A DNA stretch of 64,000 bases from Prosthecochloris sp. (GCA_004028745.1 RAZP01000035.1:3940-67939); one strand, 5' to 3'; numbered from the stretch's first letter, positions 50,377-60,122 are shown. Program-made: numbers and translations. The notes: generated from the sequence alone by a model not told the origin.

Positions 50377-51187
50377 GTTTTCGGTTGCGATTCTTTTCAC
50401 GGTTGCGGCAGCGCTGTTTTCCGGGGGACCCTTTCAGGTGTTGTATTCCAAGCCTCCCGATGTTGGAGGGAAAGAGGCCGACAAGGACATGCCAAAGGCT
50501 TCTGAAATCTTGGAGAAAGCAGATGCTGCACGGTCTCCTTGGGCTGATTTTACCATGGTGGCCGATATAGCTTTTGAGAAACACAGCCAGCAGAAAAGAG
50601 AAAAATTTCGTGTATTCGTAAAAGATTATCTCAAAACTCTTGTCAGCTATATTGATCCGGTCAAACAGCGAGGCAATATGCTGTTGATGGTTGGCGATAA
50701 CCTCTGGTACTATGTGAACAATACCCGGCGCCCCATGCGGATAACTCCTATTCAGAAACTTTCGGGCGGGGCATCATACGGGGATATTACAAGATTGAAG
50801 TGGTCGGGTGATTATGTGCCGGAAATAGCAGGAGAGCAATCGGTAGTAGTCGGGGAACGCTCTTACGATACATGGTTTTTGAAACTCAAAGCAAATTCAA
50901 AAAGTGCTACATACCATACGATAGATCTCTATGTCGAGAAAGGTACTTTTTTCCCCCGCAAAGCGGTAGTGTATCTTCAATCAGGAAAAAAAATGAAAAC
51001 AATGTATTTTACGGAATACAGAACGATGGCCGGAAAGATGATGAATACACGGATCGAGTTTATTGATCATCTAAGTTCGAACAGCATGACTTCACTGATC
51101 TTCAGCAATGTTGTTGTCAGGAAGTCTCCTGGCAGATTTTTTCTCAAATCAAGCCTTTCCTCTCTTTACAGTGAGGTTGTGTATTGA
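50369..51187 (+). CDS. outer-membrane lipoprotein-sorting (LolA-like) periplasmic protein
   Basis: Signal peptide; GNMLLMVGDNLWYY..RPMRITPIQKLSGGASYGDI; position after the ABC pair. Confidence 0.75.
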   Translation: MYKFSVAILFTVAAALFSGGPFQVLYSKPPDVGGKEADKDMPKASEILEKADAARSPWADFTMVADIAFEKHSQQKREKFRVFVKDYLKTLVSYIDPVKQRGNMLLMVGDNLWYYVNNTRRPMRITPIQKLSGGASYGDITRLKWSGDYVPEIAGEQSVVVGERSYDTWFLKLKANSKSATYHTIDLYVEKGTFFPRKAVVYLQSGKKMKTMYFTEYRTMAGKMMNTRIEFIDHLSSNSMTSLIFSNVVVRKSPGRFFLKSSLSSLYSEVVY

Positions 51188-51265
51188 TCGATAAACAGTG
51201 CTGCTGTAAAAAGCTACAGCAGGTTACCTGTGTGTAAAACTCTATAATCTTCAAGGTCCCAAACA

Positions 51266-52627
51266 ATGATAAGCATGTTGCATTTGTTCAAGACCGACAA
51301 GGGGAAAAACAAATCACTGTTTTTTCCTGGGAAAGCAGCTTTGATTGTCCTGATTCTGCTTTGCGTCTGCGGTATTCAATCTCTCCGTGCCGAGGACGGG
51401 GGGGATTCAGACGTTTCTTCTCTCTCCTACTCTTTGCGCCTGAGAGGTGAAAGCGAGAGGATTGATCTGAGCAACTCGCGTTTAAATCCTGACAATCTGC
51501 TTCGGCGATATGATGAGCGTTTAGAGGGTTTCCTGCTTGGCAGCGCTATGTACCGCGGGCTTGGAGGGGTTGTCGAAACAGAGTTACGTCTCGGTTATGA
51601 GTATCTTGCAGGGGAGTCACTTACCGCGTCATTCGATGATGATGAGCTCAGCGCGGTCATCAATCAGCTATACTATCGAAGTTCTTCAGAGCCTTTTTCA
51701 TTCGTGCTGGGGAGAAAAAAGGTTCGTTGGGGTGTAGGATATTCTTACAGCCCTACCGACCTTGTTACCCAGTTGAAGAATCCCGAGGATCCCGATGACA
51801 GGCTCAGCAGGGTCGAAGGGGCCGATCTTTTGCAGGTTTCCTATCTCAATGGCTCGAGCCAGATTGACCTTGTTTATTTTCCTGAGGTTGACTGGAATTT
51901 TGACAATTCTTTTATCGGAAAGAGCAGGGTGGGTATGCGATGGTACCAGTTTATCGATCCTTTTGATCTCTCTTTTGTGGGAATGATCGATGATGATGGA
52001 GAGTGGGCTGCAGGCTTGAATACCTCGGTAGCTGTCGGCAACGCGCTTGAATTGCATGCCGAGTACCTTTACTCCTCCGACAACGATCGGAATTATCCTG
52101 ATACAGGAGTGGATCCGGAGCAGTTTATCTATCCCTATTTCCCATCATCCAGTGACGGTGTCCACGATGTGTTGCTTGGCGGGCAGTATACGTTTGACAA
52201 TAACCTCAATCTAACCCTTGAATATCTTTACAGGAGTTCAGGATACTCTGAGAGCGAGTTCGATGCTTATTACAACCATATCGCCTGGCTCGATAACCAA
52301 TATTTCCAGTTGGTTGACAATGAACCGGCAGTTTCCGGACTGAAAGAAGCAGCCGTGAATTTCAGGGCACCTCAGCGCAGACATTACCTTTTTACAAGAT
52401 TATATCATCCTGAGGTTGTAAGGTTCGTTTCGCTTGAAATGTACAGTTACGTGGGGCTGGAAGACGGCAGCGGTTTTTTTGTTATTATGCCGACCTATAA
52501 AGGTTCGGATTCTTTCGATCTCTATGTTCGACTGAAAAAGTTCTGGGGAGATCAAGATACGGAGTTTGGGCTCGTACCCGAGGATTTAAGCGCCATTGTC
52601 GGTGTCTCCCTGTACATGGGAGGATAA
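51266..52627 (+). CDS. putative outer-membrane beta-barrel partner of the export system
   Basis: Signal peptide; INQLYY, GRKKVRWGVGY..PTD, amphipathic strands, C-terminal VSLY. Confidence 0.7.
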   Translation: MISMLHLFKTDKGKNKSLFFPGKAALIVLILLCVCGIQSLRAEDGGDSDVSSLSYSLRLRGESERIDLSNSRLNPDNLLRRYDERLEGFLLGSAMYRGLGGVVETELRLGYEYLAGESLTASFDDDELSAVINQLYYRSSSEPFSFVLGRKKVRWGVGYSYSPTDLVTQLKNPEDPDDRLSRVEGADLLQVSYLNGSSQIDLVYFPEVDWNFDNSFIGKSRVGMRWYQFIDPFDLSFVGMIDDDGEWAAGLNTSVAVGNALELHAEYLYSSDNDRNYPDTGVDPEQFIYPYFPSSSDGVHDVLLGGQYTFDNNLNLTLEYLYRSSGYSESEFDAYYNHIAWLDNQYFQLVDNEPAVSGLKEAAVNFRAPQRRHYLFTRLYHPEVVRFVSLEMYSYVGLEDGSGFFVIMPTYKGSDSFDLYVRLKKFWGDQDTEFGLVPEDLSAIVGVSLYMGG

Positions 52628-52658
52628 AAAAACTCCCGCGGTTCTTCGCACGGGAGTT
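52626..52658 (-). terminator. terminator between convergent barrel gene and rlpA
   Basis: aaaaa-aactcccg..cgggagtt. Confidence 0.6.
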
Positions 52659-52702
52659 GCAATGCATTTGTTTGTCAGAGGGATCGACTTATAGAGGTGT
52701 CC

Positions 52703-53224
52703 TTATGAGGCGTTCGATTCGCCTTCATAGACCTCGATGCGGACTTTTGTCACACCTTTTTGCAAAAGGTCGATCTCTTTTGCCGCCTCGAGAGAGAGGT
52801 CGATGATTCTGCCCTTGATGTACGGGCCACGGTCGTTGATTCTTACCAGAACCTTTTTGCCGTTGGAAAGGTTGGTGACGCGGACCATGGAACCGAAGGG
52901 CAACGACTTGTGAGCAGCAGTTAGTTCATGCATGTTGAAGCGCTCGCCGTTAGCGGTCAGGCGTCCATGAAATCTGTCGGCATAGTATGATGCTTTTCCT
53001 TCCGTAATCATGAAAAGCTTGCCGAGCTCTTTTTCCGCATCAGGACTCGCAAGTGAATCGCGCTGCATTTGGAATGGGCTGATAACCTTTTCCAAAACCG
53101 GAACAGCAGAGATTCCTGATTGTATCGATGTATAATTGGCGCTTGTCTGACAGCCGGTTAGTTGAATAAGGAAAAAGGCGGCTATAGAAAAATGAAAGGC
53201 AAACGTGAGTCGTCTATTGTTCAT
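52703..53224 (-). CDS. rlpA: septal ring lytic transglycosylase RlpA family lipoprotein
   Basis: Lipobox LTGC; [34 protein letters not shown]. Confidence 0.93.
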   Translation of the reverse strand: MNNRRLTFAFHFSIAAFFLIQLTGCQTSANYTSIQSGISAVPVLEKVISPFQMQRDSLASPDAEKELGKLFMITEGKASYYADRFHGRLTANGERFNMHELTAAHKSLPFGSMVRVTNLSNGKKVLVRINDRGPYIKGRIIDLSLEAAKEIDLLQKGVTKVRIEVYEGESNAS

Positions 53225-53732
53225 ATTGTCTGTTTTTGATTAAATCTGTTCTTGGTGTTTTTTAATAAAAAATACCTGAGAACAGCAATTATTTATTGCT
53301 TAATATAAGGAAAAAAAGTATAATTAAAGCCAAAGTGTATGATTTTTATCTAAGTGATTATAATAAAGACACTTATATTTTCCGTGCGCTTCGTTTTTTT
53401 CGATTTTCTATTTCCCTTCGCTATCAATTCTGCATGATTTTCCCGCCAGCACTTCATTTACGAATTAATTGTTTTCATGCACCTGGCGTAAACTATTGCT
53501 TCCTGAATACGGTTATGTAAAAGTGCAATGTATCTGCCGCGTATTCGATAACCTGAATTGGGCGATGTTTGAGCATCCCGGCATAATCAGTTGTCCCGGC
53601 GAGTCGGGAAGCTGGCAGTGGGCAAAATTACAATGACCGCTTGGTTTTTGGGTACAGCATTTCTTTCTGACACTGTTTGCCGGGACAGTGTGAAGCGTTC
53701 TGTTCAGGGCACACTTAATCAGGGAAAATTGT

Positions 53733-54950
53733 ATGCGTTTGATTCTGATGACCGGAAAAGGAGGGGTCGGAAAGACCTCTATGGCAGCGGCAACGGGGCT
53801 CCGCTGTGCGGAAATGGGCTATAAAACTCTGGTTCTGAGCACAGACCCCGCTCACTCGCTTGCCGACAGCTTTGATGTCGAGCTTGGGCATGAGCCCAAG
53901 GAGGTATGTCAAAATCTTTGGGGAGCGGAGCTCGACGTTCTCGAAGAGCTTGAACAGAATTGGGGATCGGTAAAACGTTATATCACAGAAGTCTTGCAGG
54001 CACGCGGCCTTGAAGGCGTCCAAGCTGAGGAGCTGGCTATTCTTCCCGGGTCTGATGAGATTTTTGGACTGGTAAGGGTATTCCGGCATCACAAGGAAGG
54101 GCATTACGATGTACTGATCATAGATTCCGCTCCTACGGGAACAGCGTTGAGGCTGTTGAGTATTCCGGAGGTTACCGGTTGGTATATGCGTCGTTTTTAC
54201 AAACCCTTGGAAAAAGTTGCGGTAACGCTCAGGCCTATCGTTGAGCCGATATTCAGGCCAATCGCGGGTTTTTCCCTGCCTGACAAACAGATGATGGACG
54301 TGCCGTATGAGTTTTATCAGAAGATCGAGAGGCTGGGAGAGATCCTGACGGATAACACCGTGACAACTGTACGGCTTGTCACCAATCCAGAGCGCATGGT
54401 TCTCAATGAGTCTCTCAGGGCTCATGCCTATCTCAGTCTCTACGATATCTCTACGGATCTTATTATCGCCAACAGGGTCATTCCCGACGAGGTGACCGAC
54501 CCGTATTTCCAATACTGGAAAGAAAATCAGAAGATCTACCGTGATGAAATTTACGAGAATTTCAACCCTCTGCCGGTCAAAGAGGTTCCTTTATATTCAC
54601 GGGAGATATGCGGGCTTAGAACGCTCGATACGTTGAAGGAACTGCTCTATGGCGACGAAGATCCTTCCCAAGTGTACTATAAGGAAAATACGATGCGGGT
54701 TGAACAGGTCAAACACGGCTATACGCTTGAAATTTTACTTCCGGGGATAGAAAAAGATCAAGTACAAATCACCAAAAAAGGGGATGAACTGAACGTCCGC
54801 ATTGGTAATCATCGTCGAAACCTCGTGCTGCCCCAGGCGCTTGCAACGCTTAAAACCGCTGGTGCCGAAATGGGAGATGAGCTCTTGAAGATTACATTTG
54901 TAGAAGAAAATGGGCAAAATACCGGGGAGAAGAATAAAAAAAGCTCATAG
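53733..54950 (+). CDS. ArsA/GET3/TRC40-family ATPase with C-terminal Hsp20-like domain
   Basis: [22 protein letters not shown]; C-terminal [14 protein letters not shown]. Confidence 0.92.
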   Translation: MRLILMTGKGGVGKTSMAAATGLRCAEMGYKTLVLSTDPAHSLADSFDVELGHEPKEVCQNLWGAELDVLEELEQNWGSVKRYITEVLQARGLEGVQAEELAILPGSDEIFGLVRVFRHHKEGHYDVLIIDSAPTGTALRLLSIPEVTGWYMRRFYKPLEKVAVTLRPIVEPIFRPIAGFSLPDKQMMDVPYEFYQKIERLGEILTDNTVTTVRLVTNPERMVLNESLRAHAYLSLYDISTDLIIANRVIPDEVTDPYFQYWKENQKIYRDEIYENFNPLPVKEVPLYSREICGLRTLDTLKELLYGDEDPSQVYYKENTMRVEQVKHGYTLEILLPGIEKDQVQITKKGDELNVRIGNHRRNLVLPQALATLKTAGAEMGDELLKITFVEENGQNTGEKNKKSS

Positions 54951-54956
54951 AATAAA

Positions 54957-54978
54957 GGGCACCTCTATTAATTGTCGT
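54957..54978. mobile_element. solo MITE end
   Basis: gggcacctctattaattgtcgt matches the start of 5804-5946 with one mismatch. Confidence 0.7.
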
Positions 54979-55064
54979 TCTTTTTAATCTTAAATTATAG
55001 TTATATTTCTCGTTACCTTAATCTATATATCGAGTCAGTTTGATTCGAAGAGGAGAAAAAGAGC

Positions 55065-55355
55065 GTGATGTCTTTTCAGGTTGGAGATCCGGTCATATAC
55101 AGGAAACCTAAGAGCTCTTCGCGTCCGGGTCCGCGGGCAAGGCAGGTATATCCTCTTGAGCATGGAGAGGCTTACCATTATGTGGTTGATAAATTCTGGA
55201 AGGTGATCGGTATCAACGATGACGATACTGTTGATGTTGTCACCCGAACGGGAAAAAAGCATCGTCTCGAGAAAGATGACCCGAACCTCCAGAAAGCACG
55301 TTTCCTAAAATACCTTCTTTTCAGGAAACGTTTCCCTGATCTGGAAACCTTATAA
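55065..55355 (+). CDS. hypothetical protein (SH3/KOW-like)
   Basis: AGGAG RBS; 96-aa ORF FQVGDPVIYRK..YVVDKFWKV. Confidence 0.7.
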   Translation: MMSFQVGDPVIYRKPKSSSRPGPRARQVYPLEHGEAYHYVVDKFWKVIGINDDDTVDVVTRTGKKHRLEKDDPNLQKARFLKYLLFRKRFPDLETL

Positions 55356-55376
55356 CAGTTTCCTTTTTGTTTTCGT

Positions 55377-55610
55377 TTAATCTTCACCTTCGCCTACAGG
55401 TTCTGATCCTGTTCTCAGGTGGTGTACCTCGGTATCGAACCACAACGGCTTTTCATTGCGGAGCATACTGACCACCACCTGAAATTCAGCCGGATCTTTG
55501 AAGATCCTGTTTTCAATAAGCTGATTGCTTGAATCGTAGAGAGCGATCCTTCCTTTATGCTCATTCAAATCCCACCTGCTGTAATAGCTTGCAACAAGTA
55601 CATTAGCCAT
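55377..55610 (-). CDS. hypothetical protein
   Basis: 77-aa ATG ORF with protein-like composition, ending EPVGEGED. Confidence 0.6.
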   Translation of the reverse strand: MANVLVASYYSRWDLNEHKGRIALYDSSNQLIENRIFKDPAEFQVVVSMLRNEKPLWFDTEVHHLRTGSEPVGEGED

Positions 55611-55681
55611 AGTCGACTTTGTTTAGGTTGTGGTACAATTCCTGCTTGATTGTTTTTCCTGCTTCCCGATATCTTTCCCCT

Positions 55682-55775
55682 ATCGTAATCGTAATCGTAA
55701 TCGTAATCGTAATCGTAATCGTAATCGTAATCGTAATCGTAATCGTAATCGTAATCGTAATCGTAATCGTAATCG
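55682..55775. repeat. perfect hexanucleotide microsatellite (TAATCG)15
   Basis: 15 exact units at 55686-55775 plus a partial ATCG. Confidence 0.97.
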
Positions 55776-55856
55776 GCCTTTTCCCTTTCTTTTTTTCGAT
55801 ACACTGCCGGCTCCGAAGACTGCTTACCGGTTTAAAATTCTCCTGCTCACCATACC

Positions 55857-56006
55857 GTACGGGCGAAAAATTTTTCGTCCCTACTCATGCTATACCGCCA
55901 TCAACCAACCAGCACTTCAACACTCATTCTTCATTGTTCCTCACTCAGCTCACAGGGGGGGCTGCCCCTACAATTCAACGATTCAACAGCTCAACAATTC
56001 AACAAC
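55857..56006. repeat. GTAG-REP palindromes plus TCAAC-core 8-mer tandem repeats
   Basis: gtacgggcgaaaaatttttcgtccctac; ctgcccctac; attcaacg-attcaaca-gctcaaca-attcaaca. Confidence 0.7.
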
Positions 56007-56025
56007 CTTCTTGTTTAATTCTGGT

Positions 56026-57351
56026 TTATTCATCGTCAACAAACCTCGCCCCCCTGAGCACTGCCCAGCCTTGTGTTGCTTTTTCACCAGAAGGAATAAT
56101 GGTTTCAGCGGAAACGAGGGCATTGTTCAGAATAGTCCCGATAAACCCCGCCCCTGTAAGGTTTGCTCCTCTCAGATCAGCTTTTGTAAGATCGGCATCG
56201 TACAAATTGGCGTTTGAAAGGTTTGCTTTGTTCAGGCTGGCTCCGTGAAGCCTTGCTCCATGGAATTGTACGCCGGTGAGAGCGGCTCCACTCAGGTCGG
56301 CGTTTTTCATAAACGCACGTTCAAAATTTGCCCCCTGGAGGTTTGCGTTGCGGAAAATGGTTTTTACCAGACTGGCTCTTGTCCATGAAGTGTTGACAAG
56401 ATCGGCCCCTGAAAAGTCAGCTTTGTCGAGTTTGGCTCCGTTCATGCTTGAACTTTTCATGTCCACCCCTTTCATGTCCGCCCCTTCCAGCCCGGCGTCA
56501 TCGAGGTTTTCATCCTGAAGATCAGTATCCATATCGGGATTCTGGTTTCGAAGGGTGTTCCAGGCTTCCACATCCTGTAAAAGGATTGTTTCCGGGGCAT
56601 TTTCAATGGAGGTTTCTGGTTCAGGTGTTCCAGGGGTGCTGTAGGTTGCAGGAGTCGGAAGAGGTGCTGCCTTCATGGCAACAGGTGTTTTTTCCGCTTC
56701 TTGTGCATATCTCGCACCGTTGATAGAGGCCCATAGTGAAGTTGCTCTTTTGCCTGACGGAAGAATGGTATTATTTGAAATTTTTGCTCCTTCCAGTTGA
56801 GCTTGCCTGAGCAGTTTTGCTCCAGTCAGGTTCGCTCCCCTGAGATCAGCTTTTTTCAAGTTTGCCTCGAAAAAGCGGACATTTTCAAGACTTGCTTCTT
56901 TCATGTTTGCTCCTTCGAGGTTTGCAAAACGGAAATCAGCGTCAGGAAGGTTTGCGTTACTGAAGTTTGCTCCTTTTGCATAGGCGTTTTTCAGGTCAGC
57001 TTTTGAAAGGTTTGCCCCTTTAAGATTGGCGTCCCTGAGGTTTGTCCGCTTGAGCTTTGCAAACAAAAGGTTGGCATTCTGGAGGTTTGCTCTATTGAGT
57101 TTCGCGCCGTTTAACTGGGCTTTGACCATGCTCGCGTCGTGGAGATCAACATTGTCGAGATCGGCATCCTCAAGGTTTGCTTTGTTGAGATCGATTGTCA
57201 TGGATGGCTGCCCGGTGCGCATGGTATTCCATGCACTGACATCCGAGAGAAGTTCTTTTAAAGCTATTGGATTAAATCCAAAAGTTTTACCGGAGGAGGG
57301 TCCACTTTGTAATACCAGAAGCAAAGCTGAAAGAAGGAGCATTTTTTTCAT
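56026..57351 (-). CDS. secreted pentapeptide-repeat protein, two repeat domains
   Basis: A(D/N)Lxx repeats in two blocks, each opened by DV.AWN.xR and closed by TIxPSG.xAT; signal peptide. Confidence 0.92.
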   Translation of the reverse strand: MKKMLLLSALLLVLQSGPSSGKTFGFNPIALKELLSDVSAWNTMRTGQPSMTIDLNKANLEDADLDNVDLHDASMVKAQLNGAKLNRANLQNANLLFAKLKRTNLRDANLKGANLSKADLKNAYAKGANFSNANLPDADFRFANLEGANMKEASLENVRFFEANLKKADLRGANLTGAKLLRQAQLEGAKISNNTILPSGKRATSLWASINGARYAQEAEKTPVAMKAAPLPTPATYSTPGTPEPETSIENAPETILLQDVEAWNTLRNQNPDMDTDLQDENLDDAGLEGADMKGVDMKSSSMNGAKLDKADFSGADLVNTSWTRASLVKTIFRNANLQGANFERAFMKNADLSGAALTGVQFHGARLHGASLNKANLSNANLYDADLTKADLRGANLTGAGFIGTILNNALVSAETIIPSGEKATQGWAVLRGARFVDDE

Positions 57352-57428
57352 GAGAACACAATTAACGTTATGGAACGCAGGTTGTTACGGTAATATATAT
57401 AACCAAGCAGTCTAACGAGAAATAATCA

Positions 57429-57528
57429 GAGCACCTCGATTTATTTATTCCGCGCTTCAATTGCATCGTTGAGCGGATGAGAGGGGTTTCTGCGCAATCG
57501 GGACTCATGACAATTAATAGAGGTGCCC
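57429..57528. mobile_element. internally deleted MITE, 100 bp, TSD ATCA
   Basis: gagcacctcg..tagaggtgccc; ATCA at 57425-57428 and 57529-57532, overlapping the EamA stop codon. Confidence 0.88.
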
Positions 57529-57529
57529 A

Positions 57530-58351
57530 TCAGATTCTGGAACGCAGAAGAATAAGTGAGCCTGCGATAATCAGAGTCCCCCCGGCCCACGCTGATGCCG
57601 GTGGGACTTCATTCCAGAAAAAGTAGCCGAACAAGATTGAGAAAATAATGGAGGTATAGCTTGCTGCGGCAACAACCGGGGCGTAATCCATTCTGTAGGC
57701 AAGTGTCATCAGGTACTGGCCGATGGTCGAAAAAAGCGCTACCCCACCCAGAAGGAGCCATTCCGTATGGTCAGGCATGATGAATGATGGTCCCATCCAG
57801 ATGGAACTGAGCAGTGCGGTAATAACAAAAAAGTTTGCAACGATTGTTGCCGGATCGTCAGTGCGGTTAAGTTTTCTGACGAGCAAATGAGCTATTGCCG
57901 AAGCCGTGGCTGCACCGATACTTGCCCAGGCTGCCGCAGTCCATCCCAATGAGGGATCCAGAATAAGCACAATGCCTATTAACCCTGTTCCAATCGCGAG
58001 CCACACAGAAGGGCTTGTTTTTTCCCCAACTACCCATGGTGCGAGAATTGCCAGGATAAGCGGTTGTGTTTTCCCAAGGAAAACGCTTACAGCAAGCGGC
58101 ATATGTGTCAGCGCATAATAAAAGCCGCTGATCGCCAGGAATCCGAAAAAGGCTCGCAGGAGAAGAGTCTTCCATGCTGTTACAATCAGCTTTTTTTTCT
58201 GCAGCCACAGCGCTCCGAGAAAAAAAGGAAGAGGCAGGATACTGCGGAATAAAATGATTTCCGGTATTGGCAATGACGAGCCGATTCCCTTGATCATTGC
58301 AGCCATTGTGGCGAAGCAGGCTGAGGCTATGAGCATGAGAACGACACTCAT
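57530..58351 (-). CDS. EamA/DMT family transporter
   Basis: About 10 TMs, two EamA repeats (FRS; YALTHMPL; GEK; WNEVP). Confidence 0.9.
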   Translation of the reverse strand: MSVVLMLIASACFATMAAMIKGIGSSLPIPEIILFRSILPLPFFLGALWLQKKKLIVTAWKTLLLRAFFGFLAISGFYYALTHMPLAVSVFLGKTQPLILAILAPWVVGEKTSPSVWLAIGTGLIGIVLILDPSLGWTAAAWASIGAATASAIAHLLVRKLNRTDDPATIVANFFVITALLSSIWMGPSFIMPDHTEWLLLGGVALFSTIGQYLMTLAYRMDYAPVVAAASYTSIIFSILFGYFFWNEVPPASAWAGGTLIIAGSLILLRSRI

Positions 58352-58668
58352 TGAAGATCAAAATTCAAAAGTGAAAAGTCAAAACGTTGTTATTGCTTGT
58401 TCTTATACATGGCAATGCTTTTCTATAGGTCTTATGAGTCCCATAAGACCTATAAAATTCACTTATTCTATTGGCTTGGTTTTCTAAGTTGGCACTGTTT
58501 GCCTTCCGGCTCTCGTGAAAGGAGAAAAAAGCAAATTTTGAAGAGGTTTCATAATTGCCAGGAAAAATATTCCGGGGGCTGTCGGTAGAAACGAAATATG
58601 TTATCATTGCGTTACGGTTATATAGTTGAAGAATTGAAAAGCAATCCCGCGTTTAGGGGGTATAATCT

Positions 58669-59370
58669 ATGACAGAAAAAGCAAAATATAGTGGAAAGGT
58701 TTTGGTCGCCGGAGCTACCGGTAGAACCGGAAGGTGGGTGGTTTCACGCCTGCAGCATTATGGTATTCCGGTTAAAGTACTCTCACGTTCTGCAGAAAAA
58801 GCCAAAGCACTTGGCGATGTCGAGGTTGTAGAAGGCAGAATCCAAAACGAAGAGGACGTTGCAAAAGCGGTGACTGGCTGCAGTGCGGTAATATCAGCAC
58901 TGGGATCAAGTGAGGTGTTCGGGGATGCTTCTCCAGGTGAGGTTGACAGGGATGGTGTAATGAGGCTGGTTGATCAGGCCGCAAAGGCAGGAGTTGAGCA
59001 TTTCGGTCTTGTCAGCTCGATGGCTGTAACCAAATGGTATCATCCTCTGAACCTGTTTGCTGGCATTCTCAGCAAGAAGTTCGAAGCTGAGGAACACCTG
59101 AGGGATGTGTTCGGTAAAGAGGGCCGTTCCTATACGATTGTACGTCCCGGTGGACTGAGAGACGGTGGACCGCTGCTTCATGACCTTCATGTTGATCAGG
59201 GTGACAGATTGTGGAGCGGCTGGATAAACCGTGGTGATGTTGCTGAACTTTTGGTTGTTTCGCTCTGGACCGATAAGGCAAAAAACAAAACCTTTGAGGT
59301 TGTCAACGAAGGTGAAAAAGAACATCGCCAGGACAGCCTGGAGCAATATTACGACAAACTTGCGAGTTAA
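58669..59370 (+). CDS. NAD(P)-binding atypical SDR (NmrA/Tic62-like)
   Basis: VLVAGATGRTG, LVSS, YTIVRPGGL, INRGDVAE. Confidence 0.88.
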   Translation: MTEKAKYSGKVLVAGATGRTGRWVVSRLQHYGIPVKVLSRSAEKAKALGDVEVVEGRIQNEEDVAKAVTGCSAVISALGSSEVFGDASPGEVDRDGVMRLVDQAAKAGVEHFGLVSSMAVTKWYHPLNLFAGILSKKFEAEEHLRDVFGKEGRSYTIVRPGGLRDGGPLLHDLHVDQGDRLWSGWINRGDVAELLVVSLWTDKAKNKTFEVVNEGEKEHRQDSLEQYYDKLAS

Positions 59371-59375
59371 CGTCT

Positions 59376-59447
59376 TAAGCGCGGACAGCAGATATACTAT
59401 GCGGAAAAGGTTTGGTTTATGAGATTGCCATGCGCTGTCCGCGCTTA
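59376..59447. repeat. 72-bp element with perfect 14-bp terminal inverted repeats
   Basis: taagcgcggacagc ... gctgtccgcgctta. Confidence 0.7.
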
Positions 59448-59535
59448 TTATAAAGTGCCTCTAATCTCCTCCTCTTCCCGATTTTCCGTTGGGAGGTATT
59501 AATATGGTGCTGAGACAGTGCTCTATTCATGTGTT

Positions 59536-59562
59536 GCCTTCCCTGGCAGGGAAGGCTTTTTT
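59536..59562 (+). terminator. intrinsic terminator
   Basis: gccttccct-ggc-agggaaggc-tttttt. Confidence 0.75.
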
Positions 59563-59591
59563 AGGTGAAAACATGTTTTTTTTCTGTGGGG

Positions 59592-59987
59592 TTACAGTTT
59601 TTTCCCGGGAAGAATTGATGTTACAATGCTGCCGACGGTATTTGCACCTGATTGTATGATCGACAGAACGCTGTTACCCACAAAACCAACAGCTTCCGCA
59701 ACTTTCCATCCTGCGCCGCCTACTGCGTCAATACCTTTTATGGCGACGTCACCGAATGTTTTTATGAGGTTATTGAGCGGTTCTGAAAGTGCATTCAATG
59801 TCTCGGCCGCTGTTTTGGTTCCCGTCTCAAAGGTTCCGGTAAGGGTCTTGTTCATGTTTTCAATAGCTGGCATCAATGTCTGAATCCCTTTGTCTACAGC
59901 AGTGATTTGTGTAACGGCAAGATCGCCAAAGCTCTGAACCACGCTGGAGATTGCCTGGGCTATGTCGACTTTTCCTTCGTTGGCCAT
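59592..59987 (-). CDS. csmD: chlorosome envelope protein D
   Basis: Amphipathic Ala/Gly/Thr-rich protein ending QSG..SILPGKKL; directly downstream of csmE; AAGGAG RBS. Confidence 0.75.
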   Translation of the reverse strand: MANEGKVDIAQAISSVVQSFGDLAVTQITAVDKGIQTLMPAIENMNKTLTGTFETGTKTAAETLNALSEPLNNLIKTFGDVAIKGIDAVGGAGWKVAEAVGFVGNSVLSIIQSGANTVGSIVTSILPGKKL

Positions 59988-60122
59988 AAGTGTGTCTCCT
60001 TTATTATGGTGAAAAATAGAGGTGCCTTTGTGTTGTCTCTTGAATGGAAATTACAAACCAATGGGATACTCTCAAAGGAGAGCAGGCCTGGACAATGTGA
60101 AACGACCAATTGCGGTGAAAAT

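Noticed and set aside
53575-53625. Possible ncRNA hairpin (cagttgtcccggcgagtcgggaag), similar to 322-345
   Set aside because: Only a short shared palindrome, with no SRP, tRNA or riboswitch features; most likely another small dispersed repeat.
53733-54950. Arsenic-resistance operon
   Set aside because: It is a single-domain ArsA/GET3 type with an Hsp20-like tail and no arsB, acr3, arsC or arsR nearby; such paralogues are common in phototrophs.
55565-56248. ORFs with DYDY, VIVI or RNRN repeats; also considered as a CRISPR array
   Set aside because: They are artefacts of the (TAATCG)n tract. There are no spacers, and no CRISPR array or cas gene was seen in the window.
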